A stretch of 64,000 nt of DNA from an uncultured Candidatus Rokubacteria bacterium (GCA_963708025.1 CAVPSB010000023.1:1-64000), one strand, 5' to 3'; counted from the stretch's first letter, positions 20,345 to 29,937 are shown. Translations and numbers: made by a program. The notes: generated from the sequence alone by a model not told the origin.

Positions 20345-21451
20345 ATGCGGGTCGCGCTGGTCCATGACTGGCTGACCGGCATGCGGGGGGGCGAGCGGGT
20401 TCTCGAGGCGCTCGTGGCCCTCTACCCGACGGCAACCATCCACACCGTGGTCCACATCCCCGGCAGCGTGTCCCGCGCGATCGAATCGCGTCCGATCCGG
20501 ACCTCCTTCATCCAGCGGCTCCCCGGCGCACCGCGGCGCTTCCGCCAGTACCTCCCGCTGTTTCCGCTGGCCGTGAGCCGGCTCCGGCTGGCCGACTACG
20601 ACCTCGTGCTCTCCACGAGCCACTGCGTCGCGGTCGGCGCCCGGACGCGGCCGGGCACCTGTCACGTGACGTACTCCTTCACCCCCATGCGGTACGCCTG
20701 GGACTATCAGGAGGAGTACGTCCGTCGGCTGCCGGTGGGTACGCGCTGGGTGGGCCGTCGCGTCACGGGCGCGCTGCGCCGGTGGGACCGCGCGGCCGGC
20801 GGGCGCGTCGGTCACCTCGCCTGCATCTCGCACCACGTCGCGGCCCGCATCCGCCAGGCGTACGGGCGCGAGGCCCGGGTCATCTACCCGCCGGTCCGCA
20901 CCGGATGGTTCCAGCCGGACGGCGAGCCCGGGGCGGCGTTTCTGTGCGTGGCGGCGCTGGCGCCGTACAAGCGTCTCGACGTGGCGGTCGAGGCCTTCAC
21001 GCGCCTCGGCTGGCCGCTGGAGGTGATCGGCGCGGGGCCCGAAGCGGCCCGGCTCCGCCGGCGGGCCGGGCCGACGGTGCGCTTCCTGGGCTGGCAGGAC
21101 GACGTGGCGCTCCGCACCGCCATGGCGCGCTGCCGCGCGTTCGTCTTCCCGGCGGAGGAGGAGTTCGGCATCGCGCCGCTCGAGGCGATGGCCGCCGGCC
21201 GTCCGGTCATCGCCTACGGGCGCGGGGCGCTGGCCGAGACGGTCGTGGACGGCGTGACCGGGCTCCTCTTCCACGAGCAGACCCCGGAGGCGCTGATCGA
21301 CGCGCTCCGCCGCTTCGAGGTCACGGGGTGGAGCGGCGAGAAGATCCGGGCGCACGCCCTCCGCTTCGGCGAGGCGCGGTTCCAGTCCGAGATGCGGGCG
21401 TTCGTGGAGGAGTGCCTGGCGATTCACCGGGGGAGCGCGCGCGCGTGCTGA
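20345..21451 (+). CDS. Glycosyltransferase family 4
   Basis: VHDWLTGMRGGERVL, EEFGIAPLEAMA motifs. Confidence 0.9.
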   Translation: MRVALVHDWLTGMRGGERVLEALVALYPTATIHTVVHIPGSVSRAIESRPIRTSFIQRLPGAPRRFRQYLPLFPLAVSRLRLADYDLVLSTSHCVAVGARTRPGTCHVTYSFTPMRYAWDYQEEYVRRLPVGTRWVGRRVTGALRRWDRAAGGRVGHLACISHHVAARIRQAYGREARVIYPPVRTGWFQPDGEPGAAFLCVAALAPYKRLDVAVEAFTRLGWPLEVIGAGPEAARLRRRAGPTVRFLGWQDDVALRTAMARCRAFVFPAEEEFGIAPLEAMAAGRPVIAYGRGALAETVVDGVTGLLFHEQTPEALIDALRRFEVTGWSGEKIRAHALRFGEARFQSEMRAFVEECLAIHRGSARAC

Positions 21452-22846
21452 AGGAGCGACGGCTCTGGCTGGTGCTCGCCCTCGTCGGAGGCGACGCCGT
21501 CGCCGCCGCCCTCGCGCTCCTGGCCGCCTACGCGATCCGGTTCTGGACGGACCTGATCCCCGTCGCCGCTCGGGGTCCCTCCCTTCGAGCCCTACCTCTT
21601 CCTCCTGGCACCGCTCCTGCCGCTCCACGCCCTCGCCCTCCGGGTGGCAGGGCTCTACGAGTACCGGCACGAGCGGACCAAGGCCGACGAGGCGTTCCTG
21701 GTGGTCCAGGGCGCGAGCCTGGCCACGCTCCTCCTCGTCGCCTCGACGTTCTTCGTCCGGAACTTCTCCTACTCGCGCTGGGTGATCGTGCTCTTCTGGG
21801 TCCTCGACGTCGTCTCCGTGTACTGGGTGCGCCTGGGGATCCGCGAGGTGGTGCGCGGGCTCCGCCGCCACGGCCGCTTCGTCCGCCGGGCCCTCGTGGT
21901 CGGGGCCGGACCGCTCGGTCAGGAGGTGGTCCGCCGGCTGCGGGGCCACCCGGAGTTCGGGGTGCGGGTGGTCGGGTACCTGGACGACCGGGTGCCGGCC
22001 GGGGAGCGGATCGAGGGCAAGGAGGTCCTGGGGGGCTACGAGACGGTGACCCACATCCTGGCCCACCACGGGGTGGATCAGCTCTTCGTGGCGCTGCCGA
22101 TGGAGGCGACCCACGAGATGCTCAAGATCCTGAACGCGATCGAAGGGGAGCTGCTGGACGTCCGGATCGTGCCGGACGTCCTCCAGTTCGTGACCCTGCG
22201 CTCGGTGGTGGAGGAGCTGGAGGGGCTGCCGGTCATCAGCCTGGCCCAGTCCCCCATCACGGGGTGGAGCCGCCTGGCCAAGCGGGGCATGGATCTCCTC
22301 CTGGGAATGGCCGGGCTCGTCGTCCTGGCGCCCGTGCTGGGTCTGCTCGCTCTCGCCATCCGGCTGACCTCGCCGGGCCCCGTCTTCTACCGTCAGGAGC
22401 GCATGGGGCTCGACGGCCGGTCGTTCCAGATGTACAAGTTCCGCTCGATGCGGGTGGACGCCGAGGCGGAGAGCGGGCCGGTGTGGGCGGCCGGAGACGA
22501 CGCGCGGCGGACGTCGGTCGGCCGCGTGCTGCGGCGCTTCTCGCTCGACGAGCTGCCGCAGCTCTGGAACGTGATCATGGGCGAGATGAGCCTGGTCGGG
22601 CCGCGCCCGGAGCGGCCCTTCTTCGTCCACCAGTTCAAGACGCTGATCCCCCAGTACATGCTGCGTCACAAAGTCAAGTCGGGGATGACCGGCTGGGCGC
22701 AGGTCAACGGCCTTCGCGGGAACACCTCACTCGAGAAGCGGATCGAGTACGACCTCTACTACATCCAGAACTGGACCCTGGCTCTCGACGTGAAGATCCT
22801 GCTGCTGACGGTCTACCGGGCGTGGCAACATCGCCACGCCCACTGA
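21445..22846 (+). CDS. Undecaprenyl-phosphate sugar phosphotransferase (WcaJ/WbaP type); frameshift near 21570
   Basis: N-terminal TM helices begin at GTG21445; KRGMD, KFRSM, SLDELPQ, MSLVGPRPER, GMTGWAQVNG motifs. Confidence 0.85.
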
Positions 22847-22862
22847 CGTCAGGAAGGGGAGC

Positions 22863-23924
22863 ATGCGCGGACTGATCCTCTCCGGTGGCCGGGGCACGCG
22901 GCTCCGGCCGATCACCTTCACCTCGGCGAAGCAGCTCGTGCCCGTCGCCAACAAGCCGATCCTCTTCTACGGGCTGGAGGCGCTGGCTGCCTGTGGCATC
23001 CGGGAGATCGGCATCGTGGTCGGCGACACGCACCAGGAGATCCGGGACGCCGTCGGCGACGGCGGCCGCTGGGGCGTGGCGGTCACCTACATCCCGCAGT
23101 CGGCGCCTCTCGGGCTCGCCCACGCGGTGCTGACCGCCGAGGAGTACCTGCGCGGCCAGCCCTTCGTCATGTACCTGGGCGACAACCTGATTCGCGAGAG
23201 CCTCGCCCCGCTGGTGGCGCGCTTCCGCACGGAAGCCCCCCACGCCCAGATCCTGCTGGCGAAGGTGCCCAACCCGCAGGAGTTCGGGGTGGCGGAGCTC
23301 GCGGACGGGCGCGTGGTCCGGCTCGTCGAGAAGCCGGCCAAGCCGCCCTCGGACCTCGCGCTGGTCGGGATCTACATGTTCGACGACCACATCTTCGACG
23401 CGGCCCGGGCGATCGCGCCCTCGCGGCGCGGCGAGCTGGAGATCACCGACGCCATCCAGCGGCTGATCGACACGGGGCTCACGGTGCGGCCGCACGTGAT
23501 CCAGGGGTGGTGGAAGGACACCGGGAAGCTGGAGGACCTCCTGGAGGCGAACCGGATCATCCTCGACACGCTGCCTCCCCGAACGGAGGGCGTGGTCGAG
23601 GACTCGGAGGTGACGGGCCGGGTGGTGATCGAGGCCGGGGCCAAGGTCGTCGGCAGCCACATCCGGGGCCCGGCCATCGTGGGGCGCGGCGCCCTCATCG
23701 AGAACGCCTACGTCGGGCCCTTCACCTCGATCGGCGACGGCGTGACCCTGCGGGCGAGCGAGGTGGAGCACTCCATCATCCTCGAGGGCTCGTCCGTCAC
23801 TGACGTGGGCGGCCGGATCGAGAACAGCCTGATCGGGCGCAACGTCACGGTCTACCGGTCGGCCTCCAAGCCCCGCGCGTACAACCTCATGCTGGGGGAT
23901 CGCTCCCAGGTCGGGCTGCAGTAG
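22863..23924 (+). CDS. rfbA: Glucose-1-phosphate thymidylyltransferase (long form)
   Basis: LSGGRGTRLRPIT, KQLVPVANKP, GELEITDAI motifs; C-terminal LbH repeats. Confidence 0.92.
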   Translation: MRGLILSGGRGTRLRPITFTSAKQLVPVANKPILFYGLEALAACGIREIGIVVGDTHQEIRDAVGDGGRWGVAVTYIPQSAPLGLAHAVLTAEEYLRGQPFVMYLGDNLIRESLAPLVARFRTEAPHAQILLAKVPNPQEFGVAELADGRVVRLVEKPAKPPSDLALVGIYMFDDHIFDAARAIAPSRRGELEITDAIQRLIDTGLTVRPHVIQGWWKDTGKLEDLLEANRIILDTLPPRTEGVVEDSEVTGRVVIEAGAKVVGSHIRGPAIVGRGALIENAYVGPFTSIGDGVTLRASEVEHSIILEGSSVTDVGGRIENSLIGRNVTVYRSASKPRAYNLMLGDRSQVGLQ

Positions 23925-23926
23925 CC

Positions 23927-24928
23927 ATGCGGGTGCTGGTGACCGGGGGGGCCGGCTTCATCGGGTCGCACTTCGTCCGCCACCTGCTCGGCGCGCATCC
24001 GGATTACGAGGTCGTCAACCTCGACAAGCTGACCTACGCGGGCAACCCGACGAACCTGGCCGACGTAGCGGGGAATCCCCGCTACCGCTTCCTGCACGGC
24101 GACATCAGCGACGGGCGACTGGTGCGGGAGGCGATGGCGGGCTGCGACGCCGTCGTGAACTTCGCCGCCGAGTCGCACGTGGACCGCTCGATCCAGGACG
24201 CCGGTGACTTCATCCGGACGGACGTCTTCGGGACCTGGGTGCTCCTGGAGGCGGCGCGGCACCACCGGGTCGGGCGCTACCTCCAGGTCTCGACCGACGA
24301 GGTCTACGGCTCGGTCGCCGAGGGCGCCTTTCGGGAGACCGACCCGCTGCGGCCGTCGAGCCCGTACGCGGCCTCCAAGGCCGGCGGTGACCACATGGTG
24401 CAGGCGTACTGGACGACCCACCGGCTGCCCGTGCTCGTCACCCGGGCCTCGAACAACTTCGGCCCGAACCAGTTCCCCGAGAAGGTCATCCCGCTCTTCA
24501 TCACCAACGCGCTGGACGACCTGCCGCTGCCGCTCTACGGGGACGGCCGCCAGGTGCGCGACTGGCTCTACGTCGGCGACCACTGCGCCGCCCTCGACCT
24601 CGTGCTCCACAAGGGGATGGAGGGCGACGTTTACAACGTCGGGGGCGGCCACGAGCTGGAGAACGTCGCCCTCACGCGCCGCATCCTGGCGCTCTGCGGC
24701 AAGCCCGACAGCCTCATCCGCCCGGTGACCGACCGCCCCGGCCACGACCGGCGCTACGCCGTCGACACGAGCAAGCTGCACGCGCTGGGGTGGCAGCCGG
24801 CCCACCGCTTCGAGGACGCCCTGACCGCCACTGTCCGGTGGTACCAGACCAACGAAGCATGGTGGCGCCCCTTGAAGTCGGGAGAGTTCCGCCAGTACTA
24901 CGAACGGCAGTACCGTCACCCCTACTAG
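23927..24928 (+). CDS. rfbB: dTDP-glucose 4,6-dehydratase
   Basis: TGGAGFIGS, DKLTYAG, AAESHVDRSI, STDEVYG, YAASK, DRPGHDRRY motifs. Confidence 0.95.
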   Translation: MRVLVTGGAGFIGSHFVRHLLGAHPDYEVVNLDKLTYAGNPTNLADVAGNPRYRFLHGDISDGRLVREAMAGCDAVVNFAAESHVDRSIQDAGDFIRTDVFGTWVLLEAARHHRVGRYLQVSTDEVYGSVAEGAFRETDPLRPSSPYAASKAGGDHMVQAYWTTHRLPVLVTRASNNFGPNQFPEKVIPLFITNALDDLPLPLYGDGRQVRDWLYVGDHCAALDLVLHKGMEGDVYNVGGGHELENVALTRRILALCGKPDSLIRPVTDRPGHDRRYAVDTSKLHALGWQPAHRFEDALTATVRWYQTNEAWWRPLKSGEFRQYYERQYRHPY

Positions 24929-24969
24929 TCGCCGCGGGTCCGCCGCGGGTCCTGTCCGAGAGGCGTCCT

Positions 24970-25003
24970 GACGAGAATTGCGTCGCCCGGACGGAAAATC
25001 GTC
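24970..25003. promoter_or_regulatory. Two GACG-N6/7-CGTC inverted repeats; candidate enhancer (bEBP) sites
   Basis: GACGAGAATTGCGTC and GACGGAAAATCGTC, centres ~20 bp apart, ~90-120 bp upstream of a -24/-12 box. Confidence 0.5.
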
Positions 25004-25091
25004 ATCCACCCGCGAAGGCGCCCCCTCCCAGGTGAGAGCGAATGGCGTCCAAGTACGCGCGCAATCGAATCCTCGCATCTCGGCGCGGCGA

Positions 25092-25107
25092 TGGCCCGGT
25101 GCTTGCT
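25092..25107 (+). promoter_or_regulatory. Sigma54 (-24/-12) promoter
   Basis: TGGCCCGGTGCTTGCT with exact GG-N10-GC spacing. Confidence 0.7.
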
Positions 25108-25117
25108 CCTATCGGCA

Positions 25118-25250
25118 GGCGAAGGAACGAACGGGAGGGGCGCTCGGAAGAGCGACAGCGATAGAGGAACTCCCGGACCCGACCCCGGGAGCCGGCCAGG
25201 CTGCCGGAGCAGACCGATGATCTCGGCCTCCGGCGGCCTGGTCATTTTTT
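25118..25250 (+). ncRNA. Candidate sigma54-dependent small RNA (~130 nt)
   Basis: Lies between the promoter and a terminator; no credible ORF; hairpins CGCTC-GGAA-GAGCG and CTCCCGG-N8-CCGGGAG; seven GGA motifs. Confidence 0.55.
25194..25250 (+). terminator. Intrinsic terminator
   Basis: 16-bp stem GGCCAGGCTGCCGGAG/CTCCGGCGGCCTGGTC (2 G-U pairs) followed by ATTTTTT. Confidence 0.75.
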
Positions 25251-25356
25251 CGGCCCCGAAAGGGCTTCGGGGCCCGTCGGGTCAGGCCGTCGTGGTCCGG
25301 CACCGCCTGGTGGCCGGGGGGTGTCGCGGTCCCAAACGGCGTGCTATGGTGGACGC

Positions 25357-26757
25357 ATGCCGGGCGCCGAGACCTACGGCGGCAAAGGCCTCATCTGCGA
25401 CCCGATCCACCGCTACATCCCCTTCACCCGCCCGGAAGGCGGAATCCCGGGTGAGGCCACCGAGCAGGACGTGATCGACACGCCCTGGGTCCAGCGGCTC
25501 CGCCGCATCCCGCAGCTCCAGTCGGCCCGCTGGGTGTTCCCGACTGCCGAGCACAGCCGCTTCACCCACGCCCTGGGGGCCATGCACGTGGCCGGGCGGT
25601 TCGCCCAGCAGCTGGTGCCCTCGCTCCGCGTCGTCTTTCCCGACGCGCCGTCGGCCCCGCTGCTCGAGGAGCTTCTGCGGATGGCCGGGCTCCTCCACGA
25701 CATCGGCCACGGGCCCTTCGGCCACTTCTTCGACGACAACTTCCTCGCCGACTACGAGTTGACGCACGAGCTGGTCGGCCAGCGGATCATCCGGGACGAG
25801 CTGGCCGACGTCGTCCGCGGGCTCCGCCGGAGTCCCGGCGGCGCCTTCGCCGACGGCGAGGCGATCGATCCGAACTGGATCTGCTACCTGATGGGCAAGG
25901 GCTACACGCAGCCCGAGCGGGGCGACCCGCCGTGGCTGGCGTTCCTCAAGCCGATCCTGTCGGGCATCTACACCGCCGACAACCTCGATTACGTGCTCCG
26001 TGACTCGTACATGTGCGGGGTGCCGGTCGGCGCCGATCTGGACCGCCTCGTCTACTACAGCTTCTTCACGCACGAGGGGCTGACGCTCGACCGCAGCGGC
26101 ACCCAGGCGCTGATCATGTTCCTCACCGCCCGCTACTACATGTACACGAACGTCTACTACCATCGGACCACCCGCGCCATCGACCTCCACCTCAAGGAGA
26201 TCTTCCGGCCCACGATGCGGATCGTCTTCCCGTGGGACCTGCGCCGCGAGCTCCACCCGTACCTCCATCTCACCGAGTGGACGCTGCTCGAGGAGGTCGG
26301 GCGCTGGCACGACGCCAGCGACCGCGAGCGGCGGACGCTCGGCCAGGAGTGGCGGCAGATCCTCGACCGCCGCCTCAAGTGGCGGATGGTGCACGAGGAG
26401 GTCCTCGACGACTCCATGATCAAGGTGTGGGCCGTCATGCGGGCGGAGTACGTCGCCGGCCAGGTCCGCGAAGCCCTCCCCCGGGAGCTGAAGGACCTGG
26501 ACTTCCAGATCGACATGGCTTTCCAGGATCCCCGTCCGCTCAACCCGATCGCGATGGGGGACCGACAGATCTACGTCTACGACGGGGCCACTGGCCGGGT
26601 CTCGAAGGAGCCGCTGGCCGTCCTGTTCAAGTACCTGCCGGCCAAGGTCGCTCAGTGCCGGATCTTCGCGCCCGATCACCGGCACGACCGCGAGTTGACG
26701 AAGGCGTTCCGGCAGGTCTTGTACGAAGACCGGCCCGCCATCCCCACGAACGTCTAG
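25357..26757 (+). CDS. HD-domain phosphohydrolase (SAMHD1/dNTPase-like)
   Basis: DPIH, QRLRRIPQL, EHSRFTHALG, LLHDIGHGPFGH, ADNLDY motifs. Confidence 0.85.
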   Translation: MPGAETYGGKGLICDPIHRYIPFTRPEGGIPGEATEQDVIDTPWVQRLRRIPQLQSARWVFPTAEHSRFTHALGAMHVAGRFAQQLVPSLRVVFPDAPSAPLLEELLRMAGLLHDIGHGPFGHFFDDNFLADYELTHELVGQRIIRDELADVVRGLRRSPGGAFADGEAIDPNWICYLMGKGYTQPERGDPPWLAFLKPILSGIYTADNLDYVLRDSYMCGVPVGADLDRLVYYSFFTHEGLTLDRSGTQALIMFLTARYYMYTNVYYHRTTRAIDLHLKEIFRPTMRIVFPWDLRRELHPYLHLTEWTLLEEVGRWHDASDRERRTLGQEWRQILDRRLKWRMVHEEVLDDSMIKVWAVMRAEYVAGQVREALPRELKDLDFQIDMAFQDPRPLNPIAMGDRQIYVYDGATGRVSKEPLAVLFKYLPAKVAQCRIFAPDHRHDRELTKAFRQVLYEDRPAIPTNV

Positions 26758-26937
26758 GGGGCGGGGCCGATGAGCGTTGCATCGTCGATCTCGGTCGGGA
26801 CGCGCGCGGCCTGCGGCCTCGCGTCCGTCCCGACCTATGGTCGTCCTCGGTCGTCGCCGATCCTCGGCGTACTCGGAGTACGCCTGCGGTCGGCGACTCC
26901 CTGCGTCCTAGCGCTGCTCGCTCCTCGGCCCGCCCCC
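26758..26937 (+). repeat. Family B structured repeat, copy 1 (~180 bp)
   Basis: Near-identical to 28784-28963; terminal inverted repeat and nested hairpins. Confidence 0.88.
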
Positions 26938-26992
26938 GGAAACGTGACGCGTCTCCCCTCAGAGCCGAGGCGCTGGAGGCCGAGGACTCTTA

Positions 26993-27493
26993 ATGGACCT
27001 GCTGGACATCAAGGCCCGGATCGCACAGGCGCTGGTCGAGTCGATCTTCCGGCGGGCCGGCTTCACGCTGACCCCCGTCGGTCCCCGGGAGTCGTCGGCC
27101 CGGGTCGGGCGGGAGGAGCTGGTCCCGGACTTCTTCGCCGTCCGGGTGCCTCCCGAGGGCAAGCCGCCCGAGCAGCCCGCGCGCCTGGTCGAGGTGCGCT
27201 ATCGACCCCAGGTCGCTCAGTACCTGGCCATCGAGGACCAGCGGGGGTCCCAGTCCATCTTCGCCTACGCCAAGCGTCAGTGGCCCGGTCTCATGTTCGT
27301 CTTCGTCACCGACCATCCCGAGCCCGGCCGCTCGACGTTCCAGGCGTTCGACCTCGAGCCGTGGAATCCGGGGGAGTCGGTCGCCTCCGTCAACCTCTTC
27401 GCCCACGCCGGGCTCGACATTTATCGCCAGAACGTCGCCGAGCACGAGGAGCTGGCGCGCCGGATCTTCGCGTTGTTGACGGGCAGTCACTAG
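26993..27493 (+). CDS. Hypothetical protein, possible PD-(D/E)xK-like fold
   Basis: Host-like codon usage; E...VPDFF...LVEVRYR pattern. Confidence 0.65.
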   Translation: MDLLDIKARIAQALVESIFRRAGFTLTPVGPRESSARVGREELVPDFFAVRVPPEGKPPEQPARLVEVRYRPQVAQYLAIEDQRGSQSIFAYAKRQWPGLMFVFVTDHPEPGRSTFQAFDLEPWNPGESVASVNLFAHAGLDIYRQNVAEHEELARRIFALLTGSH

Positions 27494-27597
27494 TGCCGTT
27501 CCAACTCGATGCGGCTGTTGCTCGGCGCCAGGACGCAGTGCGCCGCGCCCGTGACACGGCCGTCGGCGACTCGTTGAGAAAGTTGGAACGGCACTAG
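27490..27597. mobile_element. MITE, probably IS630/Tc1-type
   Basis: Perfect 17-bp inverted repeats CTAGTGCCGTTCCAACT / AGTTGGAACGGCACTAG with CTAG at both ends. Confidence 0.7.
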
Positions 27598-27612
27598 CCG
27601 GAGACACCCGAG

Positions 27613-28782
27613 ATGGAGAAGTTCCGCGGGGTCGACTACTACGCGATCGAGCCGCTCCTGTCGGAGGAGGAGCGCATGGTGCGGGACGCCGTGCGCGACT
27701 GGGTCGAGGCCGAGTTCCTGCCGGTGGTCGCCGAGCACCACCGCGCCGGCACCTTCCCGATGGCGCTGGCGGCCCAGCTCGGCGAGCTGGGGATCTTCGG
27801 CGCCACGCTCAAGGGCTACGGCTGCGCCGGCCTCAACAACGTCGCCTACGGCCTCATCATGCAGGAGCTGGAGCGCGGCGACTCGGGGCTCCGGTCCTTC
27901 GCGTCGGTGCAGAGCGGGCTCGTCATGTACCCCATCCATCGGTACGGCACCGAGGCCCACAAGGACCGGTGGCTGCCCGCTCTCCAGAGCGGCTCGGCGA
28001 TCGGCTGCTTCGGGCTGACGGAGCCCGACCACGGATCCGACCCGGGCGCGATGAAGACGCGGGCCGTCCGGAAGGGCGACGAGTACGTGCTGAACGGCAC
28101 CAAGCTGTGGATCACGAACGGCTCGGTCGCCGACGTGGCGGTGGTCTGGGCCAAGGGCGACGACGGCGAGATCGGCGGCTACCTGGTGGAGCGCGGCCGC
28201 CCGGGCTTCTCGGCGCTCGACATCCATGGGAAGTTCTCGATGCGGGCCTCGATCACCTCCGAGCTGTCGTTCCAGGATTGCCGGATCCCGCTGGACAACA
28301 AGCTGCCGGGTGCGACCGGGATCCGGGGTCCGCTCTCGTGCCTGACCCAGGCGCGATACGGGATCGCCTGGGGGGCGGTGGGGGCCGCCATGGCCTGCTA
28401 CGACTGGGCGCTCCAGTACGCGCAGTCGCGCATCCAGTTCGGGAAGCCGATCGCCGCCTTCCAGCTCGTCCAGCGGAAGCTCGTGTGGATGGTGACCGAG
28501 ACCACAAAGGCCCAGCTCCTCTGCCTCCAGCTCGGCCGGCTGAAGGACGCCGGGTCCATGCGGCCCCAGCAGGTGTCGATGGCCAAGATGAACAACGTCT
28601 GGATGGCGCTGGAGACCGCGCGGATGGCGCGCGACATCCTGGGGGCGGCGGGCATCGTCGACGAGCACCCGGTGATCCGGCACCTCCTGAACCTGGAGAC
28701 GGTCATCACCTACGAGGGCACGCACGACATTCACACGCTGATCATCGGCCGCGACATCACCGGCCTCGACGCCTTCGCCTGA
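27613..28782 (+). CDS. gcdH: Acyl-CoA dehydrogenase, glutaryl-CoA dehydrogenase type
   Basis: ELERGDSGLRS, GCFGLTEPDHGSDP, LETVITYEGTHDIH motifs. Confidence 0.85.
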   Translation: MEKFRGVDYYAIEPLLSEEERMVRDAVRDWVEAEFLPVVAEHHRAGTFPMALAAQLGELGIFGATLKGYGCAGLNNVAYGLIMQELERGDSGLRSFASVQSGLVMYPIHRYGTEAHKDRWLPALQSGSAIGCFGLTEPDHGSDPGAMKTRAVRKGDEYVLNGTKLWITNGSVADVAVVWAKGDDGEIGGYLVERGRPGFSALDIHGKFSMRASITSELSFQDCRIPLDNKLPGATGIRGPLSCLTQARYGIAWGAVGAAMACYDWALQYAQSRIQFGKPIAAFQLVQRKLVWMVTETTKAQLLCLQLGRLKDAGSMRPQQVSMAKMNNVWMALETARMARDILGAAGIVDEHPVIRHLLNLETVITYEGTHDIHTLIIGRDITGLDAFA

Positions 28783-28783
28783 C

Positions 28784-28963
28784 GGGGCGGGGCCGATGAG
28801 CGTCGCATCGTCGATCTCGGTCGGGACGCGCGCGGCCTGCGGCCTCGCGTCCGTCCCGACCTATGGTCGTCCTCGGTCGTCGCCGATCCTCGGCGTACTC
28901 GGAGTACGCCTGCGGTCGGCGACTCCCTGCGTCCTAGCGCTGCTCGCTCCTCGGCCCCGCCCC
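28784..28963 (+). repeat. Family B structured repeat, copy 2
   Basis: Ends GGGGCGGGGCCGA ... TCGGCCCCGCCCC. Confidence 0.88.
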
Positions 28964-29079
28964 CACACCCCTGGCTCATCTGCCATGGCTTTGGCGCTTC
29001 GAGGAACCTAGGCCGAGACTAGCGCGGGTCCCGTGGAGCCGGTTGGAAGGTCGGTGCCGCTGTGCTATAACCGGCCCCG

Positions 29080-29937
29080 ATGTCGGGGGACGCGCCGTTG
29101 CAGGCGGGGGAATCGCTCCTTCTGATCGATGAGCGCCGGGGCAAGCGTCACCTCGTCACCCTCCGGCCCGGCCAGCACTTCCACACCGACCGGGGCTACA
29201 TCGGCCACGATGCGCTGATCGGCGCTCCCGACGGCAGCACGGTCAAGACCTCCCTCGGCGTCCGCTACCTGGCGCTCCGCCCGACCCTCGGCGAGTACGT
29301 GCTGGAGATGCCGCGCGGCGCCCAGGTGATCTACCCCAAGGACCTCGCCACCATCTGCTTCTTCGCCGACGTCGAGCCCGGGCAGACGGTCTGCGAGGCG
29401 GGACTGGGATCGGGGGCGCTCACCATGGCCCTGCTCCGCGCGGTGGGCCCGTCCGGGCGCGTCGTCTCCTACGAGGCGCGCGAGGAGTTCGCCCGGCGGG
29501 CGCGCCGGAACATCGAGACCCGGCTGGGCCCCGACGTGCCGCTGACCGTGCGGCTCCAGGATGTCTACGCCGGGCTGGACGAGCGGGACGTCGACCGGGT
29601 CCTCCTCGACCTGCCGGAGCCGTGGCGCCTGGTCGAGTCCGCGAGCACGGCGCTCCGGGCCGGCGGCGTCTTCTGCGCCTACGTGCCGACCATCATCCAG
29701 TCCCAGCAGGTGCACGAGGCGCTGGCCGCGCATCCGGCCTTCGCCCTCGTCGAGACCTTCGAGACGCTGCTCCGGCCGTGGCACATCGCCGGGCTGTCGG
29801 TGCGGCCGGCGCACCGCATGGTGGCGCACACGGGCTTCCTCACGCTGGCCCGCCGCGTCCAGCCGCGGGGGGCCGCGGCCGCGCGGGTCGTGCCGCTCCA
29901 GGAGACGGACGAGCCGGAGGAGCCGGAGCCGGCCTGA
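29080..29937 (+). CDS. trmI: tRNA (adenine58-N1) methyltransferase
   Basis: MPRGAQVIYPKD, EAGLGSGALT, LDLPEPW, VRPAHRMVAHTGFL motifs. Confidence 0.93.
   Translation: MSGDAPLQAGESLLLIDERRGKRHLVTLRPGQHFHTDRGYIGHDALIGAPDGSTVKTSLGVRYLALRPTLGEYVLEMPRGAQVIYPKDLATICFFADVEPGQTVCEAGLGSGALTMALLRAVGPSGRVVSYEAREEFARRARRNIETRLGPDVPLTVRLQDVYAGLDERDVDRVLLDLPEPWRLVESASTALRAGGVFCAYVPTIIQSQQVHEALAAHPAFALVETFETLLRPWHIAGLSVRPAHRMVAHTGFLTLARRVQPRGAAAARVVPLQETDEPEEPEPA

Noticed and set aside
25160-25200. GAGGAACTCCCGGAC resembling the RNase P RNA GAGGAAAGUCC motif
   Set aside because: The match is imperfect, the 3' conserved motif is absent, and the region is too short.
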